Positions 57,100-64,000 of a DNA stretch of 64,000 nt are shown one piece after another. Under the pieces are notes generated by a model. That model had not been told where the DNA came from. It saw only the letters and a list, made by a program, of their open reading frames with translations, and did no database searches. Source of the stretch: Eledone cirrhosa (Eukaryota); NCBI GenBank assembly GCA_964016885.1, contig OZ024742.1:290408001-290472000 (forward strand), written 5' to 3'. How positions within the stretch are numbered: position 1 is the stretch's first letter; each line of letters opens with the position of its first letter. Position numbers and translations under genes: made by a program.

Positions 57100-59599
57100 G
57101 GAGTAGGGCTGTGGGTGGGGTGTAATTGGGTTCAGAGGTGCCTACTGACTAGAGGTTTAAGTTTGTACGTAAGGGAAAGCAGGTCTTCTGTATTACTGCA
57201 TAGTGCCAAAGATCTTGATCTAGTGACATTGTCACTTACACAGAGGTGCAAGTGTGCAAGGTCAGTATTTATCACCTCGTCCCATGTTTTTCTGGGTCTA
57301 CCTACTCCTTAGCTTCCATCAATTTTGATCGCCCTGCACTTTTTATATAGCTGTCATCTTCCATACGCATCACATGACCAAACCAATGTAATCTCCTCTC
57401 AAGTAAACTGCATCTGATCCCTCTTATTCCTAATTTCTTACTTAGTTTGATTACATTTTGCCGTCCGTGTATATTACTATTACACATCCATTGGAACATG
57501 CATGCTTCATTCCTTTCCAATCTGCACAGATCCTCTGCACACGTCTCACTACCATGCAACATTACTGTTCATATACAACCATTATACAATCCGCTTTTCA
57601 TTTTTAGAGAGAAACCTTTTGTGGCCAACAGCGATATTAGCTCTCTGAACTTTTTCCATCCCATTCTAACTCTGACTACTATACTTTCAGAACACCCTCC
57701 TCCACTGCTGAGTTTGTTACCCAGGTAACGGAAGCTGTTCACTATTTCTATAGAACCATCTGTGCAATGGAATGAGTTAGTATTCCCTGGGCACTTGCTG
57801 CTACTTATTGCACCTGAGCACCGGCCACATATAAAATCTATATTCTTAGTTAGCTTACCTGTGATCCCACTACATCTTTTATGCACCCATACTTTGCATT
57901 TGGGACATAAAATGGAGTTTCTGCCTACTCCTTTCCTACACACTGAGCATGGCCATTTCCCAGCTGGGACCGGTGCCCTATTTTCCTTCCTACAAACTAG
58001 AACTTTAGTCTTAGACAAGTTAACTTTAAGGCCTTTTGATTCTAGCCAATGCTTCCATGTTTGGAATTCCTTCTCTAGTTCAGCCATTGATTCAGCTATG
58101 AGCGTTAGATCATCTGCATATAGGAGTTCCCATGGGCAGCCGGTCTTGAACTCCTTTGTTATAGCCTGAAGGGCAATAATAAATAGTAGGGGGCTAAGGA
58201 CGGAGCCCTGATGAACACAAACTTTTACGCTAAACTCTTCACTATATTCGTTGTTAATTCTAACCTTGCTGACTGTTTCTTTATACATGGCTTATATAGC
58301 TCTCACAAGCCATTCATCAACACCTAGTTTTCTAAGGGCCCACCAGATAATCGAGCGGGGTACTCTGTTAAAGGCTTTCTCCAAGTCAACAAAAGCTAAG
58401 TATAGGGGTTTACCTTTAGCTAGGTACTTCTGTAGTTGTCGTACAATGAAAAGAGCGTCTGTTGTACTTTTACCTGACACAAACCCGAACTGCATTTCGT
58501 CTAGATCAATTCGCTCTCTGATTAGTTGCTCTATTACTTTTTCTGTGACCTTCATGACCTGGTCAATTAATTTAATGCCTCTATAGTTTCCCCTATCTAG
58601 GGCATCACCTTTACCCTTGTAGCAGTTAATGATGATGCTGCTGCGCCAGTTCTTTGGAACAACCCCATTCTGTATGACTTGGTTTACTATCCGGGTGACC
58701 ATAGTGTGTCCCACCGTTCCAGATGCTTTCAGCATTCGGCAACTATTTCCGAAGGCCCGGCCGCCTTGCCCGTCTTCATGTCTTTGATCACCTTACTTAT
58801 TATACTACCTTCAATTTGCACTGCTGGTCCCTCTATTGGGTTGATGTGGGGGAGACTGTCTTTCTCCCAATTATTCTCCTCATTTAGTAGCCTTTCGTAG
58901 TGACACTTCCAAGCTACCTTCTTATCAGCGTCAGTGATGGCAAGAACACCATCATCATTAAGCACACCATTCTCCCCGACAATATCACTGTTTTCCTTGA
59001 CACATTGCCTACCAATCCTGAACACCTCACGTTTTTGGTCCTCGCGTTGTAGAACATGCTTGAACTTTCTTTCCTCTGCTTCCCTTCTTGCGAAGTACAC
59101 TTGATAGTCTTCCCTCCTGGCCACTTGATAGTCTTCTCTACTTCCCCCATCCCGTCGTGCTTTCCAGGCCTGCTTTTTGGCCTTGATTGACCTCTCCACC
59201 TTACTATTCCACCACCAAGTTACTCTCCTCCTGCCTATAGGTCTGCTCCAGCCACAGGTTTCATCTGTCGCCTTCAGCAGATTAGCTTTCAGGAATTCCC
59301 ACTGTTCCTCTATATTGTACGACTCTAATTGCTCTTCCTTACTATCAAAAGCATCAAGTAATATGCTTTTAAATTTATTACTGGCTGTGGGGTCCTTTAA
59401 CTTCCATATTTTTCTCCTGAGGATAGTCCTCTTCTGTTGTCGAGTACGTCTCGTCCTGACTATGAGGTCGCTAATTATGAGTCTATGTTGAGAGGTGCAT
59501 TCTTCATGGGGGAGGGATTTAGTGTTTACAACAGACACTCTGTCACGTCTCCTGGAAAGGATATAATCTACCTGGCTTGTGTGTTCCTCCGATGTATAG

Positions 59600-59602
<3 letters not shown>
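57100..59602 (-). mobile_element. Decayed RTE subfamily 1 copy, truncated
   Basis: Fragmented ORFs 57302-59538 with PHD and RT motifs. Confidence 0.88.
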
Positions 59603-59637
<35 letters not shown>

Positions 59638-59641
<4 letters not shown>

Positions 59642-59839
59642 ATAAGAAATGGAGAATCAGTGATGCTGCGAATAAGATTTATTAGATATATTACAATCGT
59701 TTCTCTGGCTCCAGTTCGAGGCACGATCGATGCAATGATCAAACCTGACTCTGAAATCGCAGGATCCTCGGATATGTCTCGATTCCACGAAGCAGAGTTT
59801 CCATTTTGTAGCACCCCTGATTCTCCGTTTCTTATGTGA
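59638..59839 (-). mobile_element. PLE pLTR-like remnant with ~30-bp inverted ends and a CCGAGGA-core HHR (59688-59775)
   Basis: Minus strand atat-CCGAGGA-..ctg..cag a-GAAA-cgattg-TA-atat followed by aataaa; ends tcacataagaaatggagaatcag / ctgattctccgtttcttatgtga. Confidence 0.5.
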
Positions 59840-59920
59840 TATTATACTCTGCTCTGTAAGAGCATTGAGTGCTCAAATGGCATACCGCTTATGGACGCTT
59901 TAAGCATCCCACACCAATTA

Positions 59921-60258
59921 TCATCATCATCATCATTTTACATCCACTTTTCCCTGCTTGCAATGGTGGGACGGGAACTGATTCTTGCTTGATTTCTACA
60001 GCTGGATGCCCTTCCTAACACCAACCTCATTTACAGTGAATGATGGGCGCTTTTTTGCCATGGCACCTCCACAACCACTTTGCAGTGGAATGATAGGGAC
60101 CCCAGTCCCTATCATCTCATTTCTACAGGTGAGTAAACTAGAGCAATGTGAAATAAAGTGTCTTGCTCAAGGAAACAACACATCACCCGGTCTGAGAATT
60201 TAACTCACAACCTTTCGGTTGCAAGCCCAATGTTCTAACCACTAAACCATGTGTCTCC
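59921..60258 (-). mobile_element. Composite tRNA/CORE/RTE-tail SINE, third copy
   Basis: Homologous to 54369-54715. Confidence 0.8.
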
Positions 60259-60294
60259 ATATATATCTTTATATATATGATGATGATGATGATC

Positions 60295-60450
60295 CATTAG
60301 AAGGGGCATGCACTGAAGAAACCAAGTCAAAATCAGTTCTCTATGAGTAAGACATGGTCACCGGACCTGGCATTGTTCACAACAGGACAACTTGTGTAAC
60401 CCATGCTAATGTTGAAAAATGGATGTTAAATGGTGATGATGATGATGTTG
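60295..60450 (+). mobile_element. Diverged RTE subfamily 3 3'-tail fragment
   Basis: Similar to 185-341; (gat)n tail. Confidence 0.6.
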
Positions 60451-60554
60451 ATAATAATGACGATAATCATAATTACAGAACAAAGCTTGTCAAATAGAAT
60501 GGACACGGCTTCGATTGTTTCTTCACTCATCCAATAATTTAATTAAGTCCATGT

Positions 60555-63500
60555 AGATAGATAGATAGATATGTTATAAATAGATATGTTTCTTTATTAG
60601 CCAGGGGGGCACAAAAGAAGGAGACAATTACAAAGGGGGGAGTTTACATACAATAAAAATGTGTAAAATGTTATCACTATTGTAAATTTAAAATTAATCG
60701 ATTTTCCCCAATAGGGGGAGACATTACATATGGGTAACATATACTCCCGAAAAAATGTGCAACCCTCATCTCCTGGAGTACGAAGAGTTTGTACCCCTTT
60801 CCTCTCTTCCTTTTTTTCTCAGCCTACATGCTGATATAGGCCATTCTCGCCACTTTCACCCACCTTTCATAAAACTTGCTGGGGTACAGCACCTCTCTCT
60901 CCATCCTGCTTCTTCTTCCAAAGTGGTATTTGAAAAAAAGAATCAGTTGTTGGCCGGAGAGAAAGGTGTCTGATTTCAGCCCTTTTAACCTCGTCCACCA
61001 TACAACCTCTTTCGCCATAGCTATCACACAAAGGAAAACCTCCTCTCCTTCGTTTTTGAAGGAGGGTGGCGGTTTGATCATAACAATGGACTCGGTGGTC
61101 AACTGGACTGGTCCCACCCGCGACAATAGTCGTTCTACATAGCCCCACAGGTCGGTAACGCCCAGGCAGTGTACAAATGTGTGCTCGATGGTTTCCTCGT
61201 TGCGCACGCATCTCGAACAGATCTTTTTCGAACGCTCCCTGCTCGGGCGCCCGTGTCTGTAGAGCTTGTCTCGAACTGGTAGAGCTCCTCGGGAGCACTA
61301 CCAGGCCAAGGACTTTTGGAAGTTGTCCATCGGTCCCAGGCGGAAGGTTCTACTGAACAGACTGGCCAGTTCGTCTTCCTCTACGCCCAGAGCTTCTCCG
61401 AGTGTGTCGTCGCACTTGCTGCGGACTAACCCTCTATAGAATAACGAAGTGGAGTCTCCACTGATCGCCGGGTCCACCTGCCAAAGGGCTGTGAGCGCCT
61501 GAGCACATTCGATGTGCCTGTCGCCCATTTTCCTCGATCTTTGCTTGACCCAGGACTGCAGCTCGGTCAGCGAGACGAGTCGTGGGAATGCTCGCCTCAC
61601 GAATGGGAACCACACCGGTTGTCCAGTGAGGAATACGTGGAGGTGCCGCAGCCTGAGCGCGTGTTTGCGCATCGTCAGCCAAGGCATCCCCAGCCCTCCG
61701 TTTGAAGGGTGTTGGCAGCAGATGGATTTTCTTACCAAAGGAGCCCGCTTCTTCCAAAGGAATTGGAAGAGCGCGCGCGTTTTGGCTGGACAAGGCACGA
61801 CGCTCAAATGACGGACGCTATAAAAGTGTTCGCCACATCCGCTCGACCTTTCAAGGATAGTTTGCACTCGGCCCACTTCTGGCTGAGTGCAAACACCTTG
61901 GCCGTCACCTCGTTCCAGTTCTTCTCCACCTGGAGGTCCGGACCAAACCAGACCCCGAGCAGCTTTACTGGTCCTTCCGTCCAGCGTCCGACGACGCCAT
62001 CGGAAGGCATCGGTTTGCCTCCACGATCCGAGTTGCAAGCCGATGGACTTTACCCGGTTCAGCTTCGCTCCTGTGAACCTTTTGTATTCCTTCAGTAAGG
62101 TGCCAACGTCCTCAATTTGCGAGGTGCTCGACACCATTATTGTTACGTCGTCGGCGTAGGCCGATGCCGCTTTCCGCAGTCCCGGTTCCAGAGGGATGCC
62201 CTACAATAGCTCCAACTTCCGCAGTAGTGGCTCGAGAATCAGTACGTACAGAAGGGAGGAGAGAGGGCATATTTGTCGAATGGATCGCATGATATGGAAC
62301 GACTCTGAGAGGTAGCTGTTCACCTTGACCCTTGAACAGATGCTGCTGTTGTGCATTGCAGCAATCCAGCCCCTGAACATGGGTCCAAAGCCTGCCGCCT
62401 CGAACACCGCATTCAGGTAACGATGGTCAACCCTATCGAAAGCCTTAGATTGATCCAAGTTGATCAGGGCCCCACCGAGTTTACACCCTACCCTCTCTAT
62501 GATGTATCGCATGAGGTGGAGGTTGTCGTGTATGGACCTGGTCGGGATTGTGCATGTCTGCGCTTCTCCCACCAGGTTTTCGACGACAAGCGCCAGCCTC
62601 TTTGCCAACACCTTGGCCAAAAGCTGTAACTCTGTGTTTAGCAGAGTTATGGGCGGAAGTTGCCTATGTCATCCCCCTTATTCTCGTCCTTCCTGACTAG
62701 TGTGACTACGCCCCTGGTCACAGAACTGGGAATTCTCCTGTTCTGCTGCCAGTTGCAGTAGACCGGAGAACAAGTCCGGCATTTCTACGTAAAATACGTA
62801 GGGTAGACCGTCGAGACCTGGAGATTTGCGTTTGTCGCATTGGCTCAGCACATCCCCTATCTCAGCGTCTGAAATCGACTTTTCGCAGAACTTCACCTCG
62901 CTGTCCGAGAGTCGCGGTACGCCGTTGAGATATGGACCAAAATCCATAGCCCCTCCCGGCGCGCTGCCCTGCTCGAACAGCTGAGCAAAGTGCCGCTGAA
63001 AGGCCGCGCACATCTGCTTCGGCTCACGTATCACGTGTCCGTCTTGGTCCTTCAAAGACCGAATTGTGGACTTGTTGCCACTTTTTGCCTCCATCACCTA
63101 GGCCCAGCTAACAGCTTTGGCTCCCTCGTTACCCAGAGCACGTATTTTGCTTCTGACAACGCAGCCCTCATGCTTTGTGTCGAAGAACTGGTCCAAGGCC
63201 GTTCTCGTTGCTAGCACGCTGGTTACGTTTCCACTTCTAATTGCCTCTTCTACTTTATCTATCAGTTCCTTCTCGGTACTATTTCTATTTAACGTTAATT
63301 CTTTACTAAAAACTAGCGAGTCTAATCTAACTGCCCTCGTAAGAGAGTACCACCATCTGTTGTTGACAACGGCCCCTGTCAAGTGCTGTTTAACTAAAGT
63401 GCTAATTCGCCTACTGTAGGCTTTGCATGTCGGTAATGACATGTTCAGCTTCCAGTAGCCGGGTCCTTGTCTATGGGTTCTATCAAGGTTGACCATGCAG

Positions 63501-64000
63501 GTCACTAGTTTGGGATCTGAATAGGCAACCTTGAACATTTGTGGACAGCTTAACATGTCCCTATCTTTATTTCTAACTAGAACCCTATCTAGGTACGATC
63601 TAGATGTTCCGCTGCGATTAGTCCACGCCCACAGTGGCACAGTCGGAAAATCTAGTCGATATCTATCGGCCAGGTCAAATCGGCCGATTAACTGTTTGAG
63701 GCTGTTACACCCCCCTTTATCAGGACATGCTCCCACATAGTCCCAACGTGCATCTAGGATTCCATTCCCCCACTAAAAGCAAGGAGTGGACGTTCCCATA
63801 AAAGTCTCTAGACGTTTGAAGATGTCTGGCTATGGTGTCCCGGATGGGGCATATATAGCCACCAGCCTGAAGGCTCCACCTTCACTACCGTCAACGTCTA
63901 AGACCACCAGTCGACCCACAAGGTCCAGATGTATCGTCTGTGTTACGACTTCCAGGTGTTTCCGCAGCAAAACGGCAAACCCGCCCCCACCTCCCAGCTG
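60555..64000 (-). mobile_element. Decayed Tx1/L1-clade LINE ORF2 (EN-RT-CCHC), runs off the window end
   Basis: LVAIYAP, SYLDRV, GPGYWKLN, KSPGLDGLP, LDQSKAFDRV, YADD (~62148-62159), GGLGMP, ETIEHTFVHC; aataaa near 60595; many frameshifts. Confidence 0.88.

Overview
Eukaryotic, AT-rich, (TA)n-saturated window, probably from a cephalopod such as Octopus (inferred from the SINE, RTE and microsatellite types). It is almost entirely a nest of retroelements around one host exon (55127-56647, PARP14/PARP9-like, KH-like region plus macrodomain start). Contents: one intact Penelope-like element (RT + GIY-YIG, Naiad-like) with direct and inverted pLTRs, several PLE fragments, about ten RTE-clade LINE copies from at least three subfamilies whose RT carries an inserted C4HC3 PHD finger, a decayed Tx1/L1-type LINE, and tRNA-derived SINEs. 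The main signal is a hammerhead-ribozyme (HHR) system. Two unrelated non-coding units (~562 bp and 491 bp) each carry a hand-foldable type I HHR and form near-identical tandem multimers arranged as giant head-to-head palindromes (11343-16027, 43366-48199, plus a monomer pair at 27044-27862). Both outer ends of each are sense-strand 3' ends fused to (TA)n, the same architecture as the neighbouring Penelope insertions. This suggests PLE-mobilised, retrozyme-like circular RNAs copied by rolling-circle reverse transcription. Further HHRs occur in PLE pLTR remnants, including two with a CCGA core variant and one fold-back at HHR stem II. All RNA structures were folded by eye; no database search was run.
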